A stretch of DNA of 64,000 nucleotides from Octopus bimaculoides. Lineage: Eukaryota. Positions within the stretch are counted from its first letter, which is position 1. Each line of letters starts with the position of its first letter. Shown in pieces: positions 51,107-64,000 of the stretch. Both the position numbers and the translations under genes were made by a program. The stretch covers positions 19,099,260 to 19,163,259 of the forward strand of contig NC_069005.1 in assembly GCF_001194135.2 (NCBI RefSeq). The letters are read 5' to 3'. The notes under the pieces are model-generated. The model searched no databases, was not told the origin of the DNA, and worked only from the letters and a program-made list of their open reading frames with translations.

Positions 51107-52024
51107 TTAAGGTTCAGAGAATTTTTTTCTTTCTTTTTTTGAAATTTTCTCAAAGTAATAATTAAGTACCTTCAAGTTAGCAAAGTATCGTAAATCATTT
51201 AACGTCTGCTTTCTATGCTCACAAAGATAGGGTTTGACAGGGAACCAGCAGTCGCTGCAATGTCCAGCTTATTGGGTTTGCATTTTTTTTTTAGCCTTTT
51301 GGATCTTAAATGTTGGGTCTGAAATTTTGAACTCACTATAAGTGTAGGTGTGGCTGTGTGGTTAAGAAGCTTGCTTCCTGACCATGTGGTTTTGGATTCA
51401 AGTGTCTTCTACTCACAAGAACTAAAGTCATGGGATTAGATTTAGTAGATGGAAACTGAAAGAAGCCTTCACATATATATGCATGTGTGTGTGTGACCTT
51501 GTCCTGACATCTTCTGATGGTTGTAAACAAGCATTACCATCATACTAGCAAGGTTGTTCATTTCAAGTCTTCTGTGAAAAACATGTCTTAGATATGGGTT
51601 GGCAACAGGAAAGGCATCCTGTGTGCAGAAAATCTACCCCTGACAAATTCTTTCATGGAAAAGTGGATGTTAAAATATTGAGGATGATGATATCCTCCTT
51701 TAGCTGGAAGCAGGAGAGATAAATTAGGCATCACTAAGTTGTAATGATACAAAAATAAACACCCAAACATTTAATTGGCCAATGAATGAAGAGGTATTCT
51801 CTCTGGGTGGAGTGTACATTCACTAAGTGGGTTGTTTTGTTCCCTAACGATGACAATTGAAGTGGACTGTTAGAAGAGACGACTAATGTAATAGTATAAA
51901 ACTGGATACTTATTTTAGTTCTGGTAACAGTCATATTACAAAATTAGTTCTTAACCCTTTCATTACTATGTTTCCACGGAAATGCACTACATCTGTTTTA
52001 ATTTATTTTGAAAATAAAGTATAA

Positions 52025-53491
52025 GTGCAGGTTTGGTGGTATGGTAAGAAGCTTACTTCCCAACTACACAGTTCTGGGTTCAGTCCCACTGCATGGCACC
52101 GTTGTCAAGTGTCTTCTACAACCTCAGGCTAACCAAAGCCTTGTGAGTAGATTTTCTATGATGTGATACTTTTTCTGCTAGCCCCCCCCCCACCTATGTC
52201 CAAGTCAAATAATACTTCCCCATGGCCAGACATGTTTTTCGTGGAAGTCTGGACACAAACAACATTGCTTGTATGATGGTGTTGCTTATTTACAACCATC
52301 ATTTGATGTCAAGACAAGAACACACACACACACACACACACACATTCCAGTTTCCATATATGTGTGTGTGTTTATATATTCTCTCACACACAAACCACAC
52401 TATTTCTCTTTATAAAAATGATTGGATCTGATTGAAAGGTGATTTAGCTTTGTTAACGTCTTTTTATCTTTTATTTTATTTTATTTTATTTTAATTACTT
52501 TTTTGCTGGTGGATTTATTGTTATATAGCCTGAAGCTTGCCAGAAGACATCATGTGACTATTGGATCAATAAATGAATGACATCAGAACAAAATAATGGC
52601 AACAGGAAAATTGTAGACAATTGGAATAATTTTGAGGATTTTGTCTTTTATTTGATCCTGTGTGGTGTTAGTCATTGTTCTAATCAACTTCATCTCCCCC
52701 CTACCCCCTCTCTCTCGTGTGTGTGTGTATTCTTGTTTGATACATAGGACTGTGGCTATGCTGGACAACTCCTTTAAAAGGTTTAGTCAATCAAATTGAC
52801 CCCAGTATTTAGATTTTTTTAAAGTCTAGACTCCTATGTTGTTACACTGATAAGTTACCGAGAATGTAATCAAATCACTATAAAGACGTTTACACACACA
52901 CACATATGCATACATGTATATGCTTTCCACATAGTTTCTGTCTGCCAAATTCCTTCTCGGGGAATTGCTCAGCCTTTCACTTTAGTAGAAGATACTTGCC
53001 CAAGGTGCCACACACTGCAATTGAACCAACTGGTCATGAGGCAAATTTTTTTAGCCATACAGCCATACCTACACCTATGTATGTATGTGTGTCACTTTCT
53101 TTCTATCTCTCTCTCTCTCTCAACCTATACATACACACACACACACACACACACAGGTATGAAGTGGTAAGAAGTTTGCTTCTCATAGTGGCACTTAGGC
53201 TGACCAAAGTCTTGTGAGTGAATTTCATAGATGGAAACTGAAAGAAGCTCATTGTGTGTGTATACGCATGTTAGAGCTTGCATATCTTTTTGGGATGTAT
53301 AAACTCTTGATTATATATATAGTCATTCAGCAAAAGAGACCAATAGAATAAGTACCAGGCTTAAAAAAAAAGCAGTACTAAAATTCTTCAAGGCAGTGCC
53401 CCAGCATGGCCGCAGCCTAATAAATGAAACAAACAAATAAAAGAATATATGTATATGTGTACGTACTTGCATACACATATATAAATGCGTA

Positions 53492-53549
<58 letters not shown>

Positions 53550-54530
53550 ATATGATATGCAGATTGGTGTGTCATAGTATACAATGCTTAACATGGCTTG
53601 TATGTGGGACAAACTGTGTAGTCTTTCATTCTTTGGATGGGTTTCATAGAAATTAGGCTAGTAGGTACTTTTCTTCTTCTGTGGCCTTGCCTTAGTTACA
53701 TCATTTCTAACATCTTCCACTGGCAATAAAGCCCATATGTGGTATTTAGGAAGAGTTCCATACTTCCTCAGCTCATAGTTCTTGTTTCATCCACCCTTCA
53801 ATTCCATCCATTTTGGCATTCTGCCTCCTCATCCCTCGTCAAATACAATCTTGCAAACCATCCACCCACCCTCTTCTACTCAGCTTTTGCTTTGTGGGGC
53901 CATCTGGGCACCTCCTTGCCATTAAGTATCTCTTGCTGCTCCTACTGATCATTTTCTTTTTCTCTCTCTCCTTTTCCCTTACGAGATGTGAAAAGCCTCA
54001 CAGGTCCCTCTACAAGAATCTGCTAGTTCCCTAGCATGAAGCTTACTCTACTCCCATCTTCCTTTGGGTTTCTATTCCTGTGAACTTCATGACAACCTCA
54101 ATTATGCAGGTGGCACAAAAACAAGAAAAGCTCTTAGTCCATGCTGTAAAGAGGTTGGTGTTGGGAAGGGCATCTAGCTGTGAAAAAAAACATCCAAAAC
54201 AGACTTTGGAGCTTGATGCAGTCCTTGGACACATCAGATTTGGTCAAATCATGCTACCCATGGTAGCTTGGAAGGTGCATAATGAAAGTTTGTAATAGGC
54301 ACAGGTGTGGTTGTGTGGGTAAAAAGCTTGCTTACCCAACCGTGTATGTGTGTGTCTTTCCCCCACCACCACTTGACAGTCAGTATTGGTATGTTTATGT
54401 ACCCATAATTTAGTGGTTCGGCAAAAGAGGCTGATAGAATAATATTAGGCTTTAAAAAAAAGAGCTCTGGTGTCAATTTATTCAATTAAAAAAAGCCTTC
54501 AAGGCAGTGCCCCAGCATGGCCACAGTCAA
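52025..54530. mobile_element. Cluster of SINE fragments in mixed orientation (+52025-52155, -52930-53080, +53160-53440, +54300-54530) and an RTE tail (+54040-54290)
   Basis: Family motifs as above. Confidence 0.7.
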
Positions 54531-55020
54531 GTTATCAAGGACATTATCATTCAATGCAGCCTCCTAGTTTCGTTAGCTCTCTTTTTTTTTTATTCTTTAC
54601 TTTTGGGGTTTTTTTGGCAGTGGGGTGCATGATAGTGTACCCTGCATTAACCCTTTGGCATTCAGATTAGTCAAATGTGATATTTATTCACATTGTTTTG
54701 AATTAATCGTGTGTTGTCTTGTAGCTTTGAGATTTCAATGTTGTGATTGTTTATGCATAGAATGACATTGTTGGGTAGGTATGGGAGGCCAGATCTGGCT
54801 CATTTGAACATAATACAGGTAGAATATTTACGCCTGATATGGCCAGCCATCTTTTGATATGGAGTGATTTTGAAGAAGCTTTGATTGCTGTATCTCACAG
54901 ACACTAGAGCAAGCTAATAAAGGAGTTTCTCACTTGAATAATTTTCTAAATTTGTATATAGGTGTTTATTGTTGCAGCCTGTTTTACAACTGAATGCATT
55001 GGTTTATATATATATATATA

Positions 55021-55061
<41 letters not shown>

Positions 55062-56369
55062 GTACTGGGCTCAGCCTTGTTTGATTGAGTCAAATAGATG
55101 GCCAATTTGTAAATGAAGGTTAAACTGAAAAGCTTAATTAATTAATCAGTGATTAAGGCCATTCATCTATGATTTATTATATGATTGTGAAAAGATTTCA
55201 CGTGATTTTGACTTTGTTTGGTCTTGTGAACAATGGATACCCAGCCTCTAGAGACAGCAACAATTCATCTCCTCACTGGCAATGTATAGATTGATAGTGC
55301 TGGTGTTGCTATTTGCTTGCTCACTTGTTAAAAATATATTAGCAACAGAAGCAGTATTAATACTGAGAGGTAATATTTATTCCCACTTAAACATGGATGT
55401 TCTATTATTCTATCAGTTTTTTTTTTGCCAAACCATTAAGTTATACAAACATAAACAAGCCAGCACCAGCTACCATATAGTGGTTGGAGACAAACACCAA
55501 GATCACACGCACTCATGTACAACAGGATTCTTTCAGTTTCTGTCTATCATATTCACATTCACTCACAAGGCTTTTGCTCAGCCTGGGGTTACAGTAGAAG
55601 ATACCCAAGATGCTGCACAGTGGAACTGAACCCAAGACCACATAGGATTGAACCCAAGCTTCTCAACCACAGAGCTACACCTTTGAATTTTTGAAATGAC
55701 AAAATTTGCATATTTTTGAGGTTGATAGATCATTCTGTTTCTTGCATTACATATATTGAACTCCAGCAGACAGAAATATCTAAAGCAAGATATATAGCAG
55801 ATGGTAACTAGTCTAGAGATTTTCTATAATATAAATCAATAGCCGCAACTGCTCTGAAACAGATGCAAATAGATCAACAACAACAACAATATCCTGCAAG
55901 GCTTCAACATGGACATTCATGGTGTTGTATGAAAGTTCAGGGTTGGCCATTAATATCTGCATATTTGATTTATTGGTGTTGAATTAAAGCTGATCTTTGT
56001 AAGAAAGAGTAGTTGCTAGATATGGTTAACATGTTTTTCCATCAGCAGTCAAATTCACTTGTTGCTTAGTTTATTGGTTCCTTCATTAAAAGAAAGCCAG
56101 GCTGGAACCTACACTGAAGCAGGACAAAAAAAAACTGGTCTTAGCATTCCATTTTTAAATGTAGTGGTATTAGTGCTTGAGTGTGTGTGTGTGTATTCCA
56201 GTTATATTTTCTGTATTTTAATACTGTTACATGGCTCATATTCCATGTACTAGTCTATTTAGTGGTTTGAGGCTGCAAACTAGACTAAATGTATTGGATA
56301 CAGAAATGGAACATGGAATTTTTTCTCAATCCCATGTTCTGATTATGTGAAGTGCTTTCCAGTGCATAT

Positions 56370-56446
56370 NNNNNNNNNNNNNNNNNNNNNNNNNNNNNNN
56401 NNNNNNNNNNNNNNNNNNNNNNNNNNNNNNNNNNNNNNNNNNNNNN
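56370..56446. other. Assembly gap
   Basis: N run. Confidence 1.
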
Positions 56447-56569
56447 ATATATATAGGAGAGTTAGTTTTAGGGTTGAAAATGTTCCCGTCTCAAAATGAA
56501 TTGTAGTTTTGAATTTTTTGACAAATTTATTAAAATACAACAGTTTCAACAATTTTTTTTTTCAGTGGT

Positions 56570-57500
56570 AACTAAGTATCACCTTTACATCAACACAACT
56601 TGTTTCTGGCCTCTTTCTGTACCTCTCTCTCACACTCTTTATCTCCCCTCTCTCTCTCTCTGTAACCACGCTATAGCAAGACACCTATTTCTGCCTCTGT
56701 TTCTCCATTACACTCTAATCTTTCATTATTTGATACTGGATCACCTCCTCTAATGTCCCCTCTGTTGTGGCAAGGCACCTGTTTCTGTCTCTTTGTCTCA
56801 TTCTGTCATCCTCTGACACAAATGCCCTACCCCTCTCATATTTCCTTGTCTTGTGAGTTACTTGACTACTCTGCCAGTGCTGGTGTCACGTTAAAAGCAT
56901 CTAGTCCACACTGTAATGTGGTTGGTGTCTGGAAGGGCATCCAGCTGTAAAAATCTTGCCAAAACTAACTTTGCCTGTGCTAGTGCCACATAAAAAGCAC
57001 TGAGTCCACTCTACGGAGTAGTTGGTGTTAGGAAGAGTATCCAGCTGTAAAATCCCTGCCAAAAGATACAGTAGCCTTTTCTACCTGGCTGGCTCCTGTC
57101 AACCATCCTGCCCATGCATGCATGGAAGATGGAAGTTAAACGATGATGATATATATATATATATGGAGAGAGAAAGAGATCTTATTTCAGTCACTAGACT
57201 ACGGCCATGCTGGGACACTTGAAGAAGTTTTAGTAAAATGAATCGACCCCAGTACATTTTTTTTATTGAGACTCATACTTTTTCTATTGGTCTCATTTGC
57301 CAAATAGCTAAGTTACAGAGACATAAATACACCAACACCGGCTGTCAAGTGGTGGTGGTGGTGGTGGGGTGTGGGGTACAAAGACACACATACACCCATA
57401 CACTCACGTATATGACAGGCTTCTTTCAGTTTCCGTCTACCAAATTCATTCACAAGGATTTGGCTTACTCAAAGTGCTACACATCCATACCTGCACCTAT
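56570..57500. mobile_element. RTE-type tail (+56570-57150) followed by a SINE (-57180-57500)
   Basis: Family motifs as above. Confidence 0.75.
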
Positions 57501-57939
57501 ATGGTAAAATATTGCCAAAAGGTCTCGTGCAGTTCATGCCAATGTGGAAAGCAATCATAAAAAAAATGACAACATAAAGAATGTTGCAGACATTTAAAAT
57601 ATATGGGTGTATATTACACAGTATTTAAACATTGTGAAGGCGCATGGGTTTGGTTCCCAGGCAGGGCAGCATGTTGTGTTCTTGAGCAAAACACTTCATT
57701 TCACATTGCTCCAGTCCCTCTTTTGATCATTGGGGAATGTTGGCCTACTCGCCTAACCAGTAGGGTGGCATCATTTGAAGGCGAAAGCAATGCAAAGCAC
57801 ATTGTGACCAGTGATGTATAACATCTGATAGTCTGGTTGGTCACATGATTTAAACATTATCTGCTGGAAATTTAGCCTCATGGCAAAGCTTATATATAAT
57901 TACCTATCACTTTTTTTTATTATATGGAATATTTTTATT

Positions 57940-58144
57940 AAGGTGACAGAATCACAACTCACCAGACAAAATGCTTAGCATTATTTCTTCTGGCTTTATG
58001 TTTCAAGTTCAAATTCTGCTAAGACCTAATTTGCCCTTCATCCTTTTTGGGGTCAATAAATTAAGTACCACCCAAGTACTGGGGCTGGTGTAATCGACTA
58101 TCCCCCTCCCCTAAATTTCAGGCCATGTGCCTATAGTAGAAAGA

Positions 58145-58195
<51 letters not shown>

Positions 58196-58196
58196 G
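57940..58196 (+). mobile_element. tRNA-headed SINE with (ATT)n tail
   Basis: 9885 family, ending in a long ATT run. Confidence 0.85.
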
Positions 58197-59562
58197 AGGT
58201 GATTGATTGGTAGAATAATTGAACATTAGGAAAATGGTTTGTGCAATTTATTCCAGCTCTTTTATGTTTTGAGTTCAAATCCTGCCATGCCTTTCATTTT
58301 TTCAGTGTATTTCACTGTTGATAAAGTTCTGGTCAAATGCCCCTTGCCCAAATTTTAAACTTTGTTCCGATACTAGAAACAATTATTCAAGATGATGGAT
58401 TAATAGAATTATTTACATTCTGAGTTCAAATTCTACCAATGTCAACTGATAGGCTTCTTTCAGTTTCCATGTATCAAATCCTCTCACAGAGGCTATAGTA
58501 GAAGACATTTGCCTGAGGTGTCATGTAGCAGGTACTCTTATATTTAATTATGTAGTTGTATTTGTATAGCAAGTGTTTTGATCTGAGGTCATATGCTAAT
58601 ACTAAAGTGATTGCAGTGTGGAAGACAAAAACTAACCACTCAGAAACAGGTCATAGCTTTGAATGACAAAGATTTTGACACCATATTACAAATAAACGTT
58701 TAAGTGATGTTAATGGTCTTTGTGTATTTCTGAATGATTAACATGTGCCTTTTACACAGCAATTGCCCCCCACACAAACACGCATTATTATTATTAATTA
58801 GTGACGTAAGCAGTATTGTTTCGAAATAGCATTCTCTATATCTTAATGTGGCTATACTGTAGAAAGCCAGAGTACTGAGGTAGTCATCTCGAGAAAGCAT
58901 CTTAGGCAGATGTTATTGTGCTGGCAATTACACTGATGTACTTCTGTGCATTTTAGCACTATATGTCTATATGAGATACTTTTTTAAGAAGAATACCAGT
59001 TTTCTAGCTTTCTACAGTGCGTCTACATTATGTAAGATATTACAAGCTTCAGTGCTGTTCTGTCTATCACTTTTACTCACAAAGCATTAATCAGTCTAAG
59101 GCTATAATAGTAGGCACTTGCCCAAGGTGTCATCCAGTAGGATAGAACCCCAAATCTTTCGGTTTCCGAACAAACTCTGTATCTACAAAGTCATATCAAT
59201 CCCTCAACCCCTTCTCCTCCACACATGCATACTTGACTTACTAGCTCACTGCTGCACTGTGTCCTCCAATATGCTTTCTACCTTTGTTTCTCTCATGGTT
59301 CTTGTTCCTCTGAATCAGACTAAGAAGCTATGCTGTTGTACTCTGCACTTGAATCACAACTCTGCAATTTATATTTATATTTCAGTCACAAGCATGGCTG
59401 TGTGGATGAGGTTTGCTTCCCAGCACATGGTTTCAGGTTCAGTCCTGCTGCGTAGTACTTTAGACAAGTATCTTCTGCTACAACCCTGTGTCAACCAAAG
59501 TGTTTTGAATGGATTTGGTAGACAGAAACTGAAAGAAGCCCATCATGTATATATATATATAT

Positions 59563-59699
59563 AGGAGAATATACAAAAAATAACAACAGACGAGGACAGG
59601 TGGTGTAAATAACAAAAGTATATATTAGTATGACGCTCGGGAATACGGAAAGTCTTTGACGTTTCGAGCTACGCTCTTCAACAGAAAGAATACGGAGAC
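59563..59699 (-). mobile_element. Short Penelope-like/retrozyme-like fragment inserted in (TA)n
   Basis: CpG-rich unit between TA runs. It contains a hammerhead fold and a repeated GAATACGGA. Confidence 0.55.
59653..59689 (-). ncRNA. Minimal type I hammerhead ribozyme fold (A6U variant)
   Basis: UCUUU-CUGUUGA-A-GAGC-GUA-GCUC-GAA-ACGU-C-AAAGA: perfect 5-bp stem I, 4-bp stem II, palindromic stem III and a GUC cleavage triplet. Confidence 0.65.
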
Positions 59700-59731
<32 letters not shown>

Positions 59732-59816
59732 ATGGGTGGCTAATTCACAATTTTACAACCTAAAGGCAGAAATATCTATTTCACTAAAGTGACAAAGGGC
59801 ACTAATCAGCACTAAT

Positions 59817-59926
59817 ATTGCTAGAAATAAGAGTCAAACCAACTCAATATCCACAGAAAGCACTCACTCATTTAAGGTAGTGCTTTTTGTGGCTATTGAG
59901 TTGTTTTGACTCTTGTTTCTAGCAAT
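59817..59926. repeat. 48-bp inverted repeat with 14-nt loop
   Basis: 44/48 positions complementary. Confidence 0.9.
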
Positions 59927-60835
59927 GTACGTGTTTGTGTTCCCTTGTCTTTACATCATGTGTTAGTTGTAAATGAGTGTCACTGTCATACTAGCAGTAA
60001 CATTAATTTCCAGTCTTTTGTGGAAACCTGTCCAGCCAGGGGAAATGTTACCTCACTTGGGGGCAGGTGAGGGCTGGTGACAGGAAGGGTACCTGCTTGT
60101 AGTAGTAAATCTACCTCAACATACTCTGTCTGACCCATAGAAGCATGGAAAAGTGGACATGAAATTGATGATGATGATGATAATTCTGCAGAATTTCTTT
60201 CTTGCTCACATCCTTTTTCTTTTTTTCTTTTTTTTTTACTGTATTATAGATTGTATAGATATTATAGAGTTACGAAAAGTGGGTCAACTGGGATATCTGT
60301 CTATCTAATCCACTGCAAGGCACCTATCCCTGTCCCTCTATAGCTTTAATCTCTCGTCAACAGGCACAATGCCATCTCTTTCAATGCTACTCCTCACTCC
60401 CCAGCTCTGGGTTTTTGTCTTGTTAGTTACTTGGTGATCACCCTGTCAGTGCTGGTGCCATGTAAAAAGCACCCAGTACACTCTGTAAAGTGATTGGCAT
60501 CAGGAAGGGCATCCACCCATAGAAACCATGCCAGAATAGACAATGGGGTCAGGTGCAGTTCCTGTCAAACTGTCCGACCCATGCCAGTATGGAAAACAGA
60601 AGTTAACGGATGATGATGATATAGAGTAAAAGTTCTTGACATGGAAATGTGTGTGTGTCTGTGTGTTGGTATGTTTTTCATTTCATGTACTTGTATTACT
60701 TAATATCTACATAGACAAGGGTCAGTGAGGGAGTGGGTGCTGGCATCATATTGCACATCTCTCCATTACATTAATGACTGTTCCACTATCTGAAATATTA
60801 CTAATTGTTAATGACACTACTTAGGGTTGTTCAAC

Positions 60836-61110
60836 NNNNNNNNNNNNNNNNNNNNNNNNNNNNNNNNNNNNNNNNNNNNNNNNNNNNNNNNNNNNNNNNN
60901 NNNNNNNNNNNNNNNNNNNNNNNNNNNNNNNNNNNNNNNNNNNNNNNNNNNNNNNNNNNNNNNNNNNNNNNNNNNNNNNNNNNNNNNNNNNNNNNNNNNN
61001 NNNNNNNNNNNNNNNNNNNNNNNNNNNNNNNNNNNNNNNNNNNNNNNNNNNNNNNNNNNNNNNNNNNNNNNNNNNNNNNNNNNNNNNNNNNNNNNNNNNN
61101 NNNNNNNNNN
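60836..61110. other. Assembly gap
   Basis: N run. Confidence 1.
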
Positions 61111-61209
61111 CTAAAACTGATAATATCTTTTTTTTTCATATTTGTTGTTTCATTCCAACCTACATTTTCTTAATTTCTGTCTGGCATTTTTAGTTTTTAT
61201 TATCTTTCA

Positions 61210-62005
61210 CTTACTTGTTTTAGTCATCTTGACTGTGGCCATGCTGGAGCACTGCTTTGAAGGTTTTTTTTTTTAGTTGAACAAATCAACTCCAGTTTCA
61301 GTCATTGAATTGCAGTCCTCCTGGGGCACAGCCTTGGAAGGGTTTTACTCTTTTGCTGAATTGCTAAGTTATGGGGACATAAACAAACCAACACTGGTTG
61401 TCAAGCAGTGGTGGGGAACAAACACATTCATGAAGAGACACACATACACATGGGTACACACAGTACACGGTGGGCATCTTTCAGTTTCTGTCTATCAGAT
61501 CCACTCATAAGGCTTAGTAGAAGACACTTGCCCAAAATGCCATGCAGTGGGACTGAACCTAAAACCAGAGAGGTTAGGAAGTAAAGTTCTTGCCACTCAG
61601 CTTTGTTTGCACTTTTTCTTTCTTTTATTCTTTTACTTGTTTCAGCCATCTGGAGCACTGCCTTGAAGGGTTTTTAGTCAAATGAATCAACTCCACTACT
61701 TATTTATTTTAAAGCCTGATACTTACTGTATCAGGGTCTTTTTGTCAAATGGCTATGTTACTGGGACGTAAACACACCAACACTGGTTGTCAAGCAATGA
61801 TGGAGGGGACAAATACAGACATAACACATGCATAGATATATATGTCAGGCTTCTTTCAGTTTCTGTCTCCCAAATCCACTCACAAGGCTTTGGTTGGCCA
61901 AGGCTATAATAGAAGACATTTACCCAAAGTACCACGCAGTGGGACTGAATCCAGAACCATGTGGTTGAGAAGTAAGCTTCTTACCACACAGCTATGCCTG
62001 CACCT
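61210..62005 (-). mobile_element. Two adjacent minus-strand SINE copies (about 61210-61600 and 61620-62005)
   Basis: Reverse complements of the 23746 family. Confidence 0.85.
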
Positions 62006-62193
62006 ATGTAAAACTTCTTTTTTAACGGTTGAACTGCAACTAGGTAAAGTTATAACTAAAAGCAAATAAATATTGGGTTAGAAAAAAAGAGAAAGCTTGG
62101 ATAACATCTTTAATGTTTACAGAGGATGTGAGTTCTTGTCCCACAGGCAACCTTCAACTGTTTCCATCCAAGGGTTTTTTTTTTAACACACTT

Positions 62194-62500
62194 CATCATC
62201 ATCGTTTAATGTCTGCTTTCCATGCTAGTATGGGTTGGACAATTTGACTGAGGACTGGCGAACCAGATGGCTGCACCAGGCTCCAATCTTATCTGGCAGA
62301 GTTTCTACAGCTTGGTGCCCTTCCTAATGCCAACCACTCCGAGAGTGTAGTGGGTGCTTTTACGTGCCACCAGCACGAGGGCCAGTCAGGCGGTACTGGC
62401 AACGGCCATGCTCAAATGGTGTTTTTTACGTGCCACCTGCACAGGAGCCAGTCCAGCGGCACTGACAACAACCTCACTCAAATGGTTTTTCACATGCCAC
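62194..62500 (-). mobile_element. Relatively young RTE-type 3' tail
   Basis: (ATC)n-gtttaatgtctgctttccatgctag..; retains several CpGs. Confidence 0.8.
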
Positions 62501-62556
62501 TGTGATTTATCAATTTCAAGTTCCACCATTAAAAAGAAAAATTCCACTTCTCTCAA

Positions 62557-63115
62557 NNNNNNNNNNNNNNNNNNNNNNNNNNNNNNNNNNNNNNNNNNNN
62601 NNNNNNNNNNNNNNNNNNNNNNNNNNNNNNNNNNNNNNNNNNNNNNNNNNNNNNNNNNNNNNNNNNNNNNNNNNNNNNNNNNNNNNNNNNNNNNNNNNNN
62701 NNNNNNNNNNNNNNNNNNNNNNNNNNNNNNNNNNNNNNNNNNNNNNNNNNNNNNNNNNNNNNNNNNNNNNNNNNNNNNNNNNNNNNNNNNNNNNNNNNNN
62801 NNNNNNNNNNNNNNNNNNNNNNNNNNNNNNNNNNNNNNNNNNNNNNNNNNNNNNNNNNNNNNNNNNNNNNNNNNNNNNNNNNNNNNNNNNNNNNNNNNNN
62901 NNNNNNNNNNNNNNNNNNNNNNNNNNNNNNNNNNNNNNNNNNNNNNNNNNNNNNNNNNNNNNNNNNNNNNNNNNNNNNNNNNNNNNNNNNNNNNNNNNNN
63001 NNNNNNNNNNNNNNNNNNNNNNNNNNNNNNNNNNNNNNNNNNNNNNNNNNNNNNNNNNNNNNNNNNNNNNNNNNNNNNNNNNNNNNNNNNNNNNNNNNNN
63101 NNNNNNNNNNNNNNN
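62557..63115. other. Assembly gap
   Basis: N run. Confidence 1.
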
Positions 63116-63388
63116 CTTTCTATATTAACCAAAATGAAGTAGATTGACAAATTTATTTTTTGAACCGGTTGAAGACACACGAGATGTCGAAATATCGTTC
63201 ACCAGATAACAAATGGCACTCTTCTTTTAATTTTGACTCTATATCTTCAGGAGGAGTTACCTCAATCCTTTCTATATTAACCAAAATGAAGTAGATTGAC
63301 AAATTTATTTTTTGAACCAGTTGAAGACACACGAGATGTCGAAATATCGTTCACCAGATAACAAATAGCACTCTTCTTTTAATTTTGA
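63116..63388. repeat. 152-bp tandem repeat (at least 1.8 copies) abutting a gap
   Basis: CTTTCTATATTAACCAAAATGAAG.. starts at 63116 and 63268, near-identical. Confidence 0.9.
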
Positions 63389-63409
63389 TATTATTATTAT
63401 TATTATTAT

Positions 63410-63620
63410 TAAGGCAGCAAGCTGCACACCAAGCAAAATGCTTAGCAGTATTTTGTCTGTCAATTTCAAATTCCGCCAAGGTTGACTTTGCCTTTCATCC
63501 TTTCGGGGTCAATTAAATAAGTACTAGTTATACACTGGAGTCAATGTAATCAACTTAGCCCCTTCCCTCAAATTTCAGGTCTTATGCCTACAGTAGAAAG
63601 GATTATTATTATTATTATTT
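63410..63620 (+). mobile_element. tRNA-headed SINE with ATT tail
   Basis: 9885 family. Confidence 0.75.
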
Positions 63621-63764
63621 TCTTACGCCTTTTTGTTAAGCCTATTTTTGCTAAACTGCTAAGTTACAGGTACATTACAAACCAACATATATGATGGGCT
63701 TCTTTCTGTTTCCATCTTCTAGATTCACTCACTAGGCTTTGGTTGGCCTAGGGCTATAGTAGTA

Positions 63765-64000
63765 TCATGAACTACCTGGTTTACAATACCAGTGACTAGG
63801 CCATAGCCCCTACCACCAGATGTTTTAAGCATCTCAGCAGTGATTCCTGTTGGGCCGGGGGCTTTTCCTGGCTTCATACCCTTAATTGCTTTATCTACCA
63901 GGGTTCTGTCTCTTTGGATAACTGGTCCCTCTACTGGGTCAACATTTGGCAGGCTCTCCTCCTCCTGTTCATTCTCCACATTCAGCAGTCTTTCATAATG
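63765..64000 (-). mobile_element. RTE LINE fragment, start of the RT domain
   Basis: VDPVEGP..VDKAIKGMKPGKAPGPTGITAEMLK..LVTGIVNQVV. Confidence 0.9.

Noticed and set aside
58570-58938. Possible exons KCFDLRSYANTKVIAVWKTKTNHSET and GRCYCAGNYTD
   Set aside because: Splice sites are weak and no homology is recognised; indistinguishable from chance.
6833-63180. Long ORFs containing X runs or YI/CV/LS/ER repeats
   Set aside because: They are produced by N gaps and (TA)n, (CA)n, (CT)n or (ATT)n microsatellites.

Overview
AT-rich, repeat-dominated draft eukaryotic scaffold with seven N gaps. The SINE families, RTE LINE fragments and (TA)n/(CA)n/(ATT)n microsatellites look like an octopus (cephalopod) genome; this is from recall of the repeats, not a database search. 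Almost every listed ORF is an artefact of a gap, a microsatellite or a decayed transposon. Supportable content: many tRNA-headed SINEs, several decayed RTE-clade LINEs (one near full length, one with an intact PHD finger inside the RT region), maT/DD37D and mariner remnants, and piggyBac- and hAT-type MITEs. There are also CpG-retaining promoter-like islands at about 1-540, 25.5-30.9 kb and 43.6-44.2 kb, and a few weakly supported plus-strand exon candidates; no host gene could be named. The most interesting signals are minimal type I hammerhead-ribozyme folds with a palindromic ACGU stem III in two unrelated short retroelements (8.5-9.0 kb and 59.65 kb), a symmetric NRF1-ETS-NRF1 promoter, and an internally controlled CpG-decay boundary. 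Interspersed-repeat boundaries are estimated by eye (about +/-30 bp unless a TIR or TSD is given).
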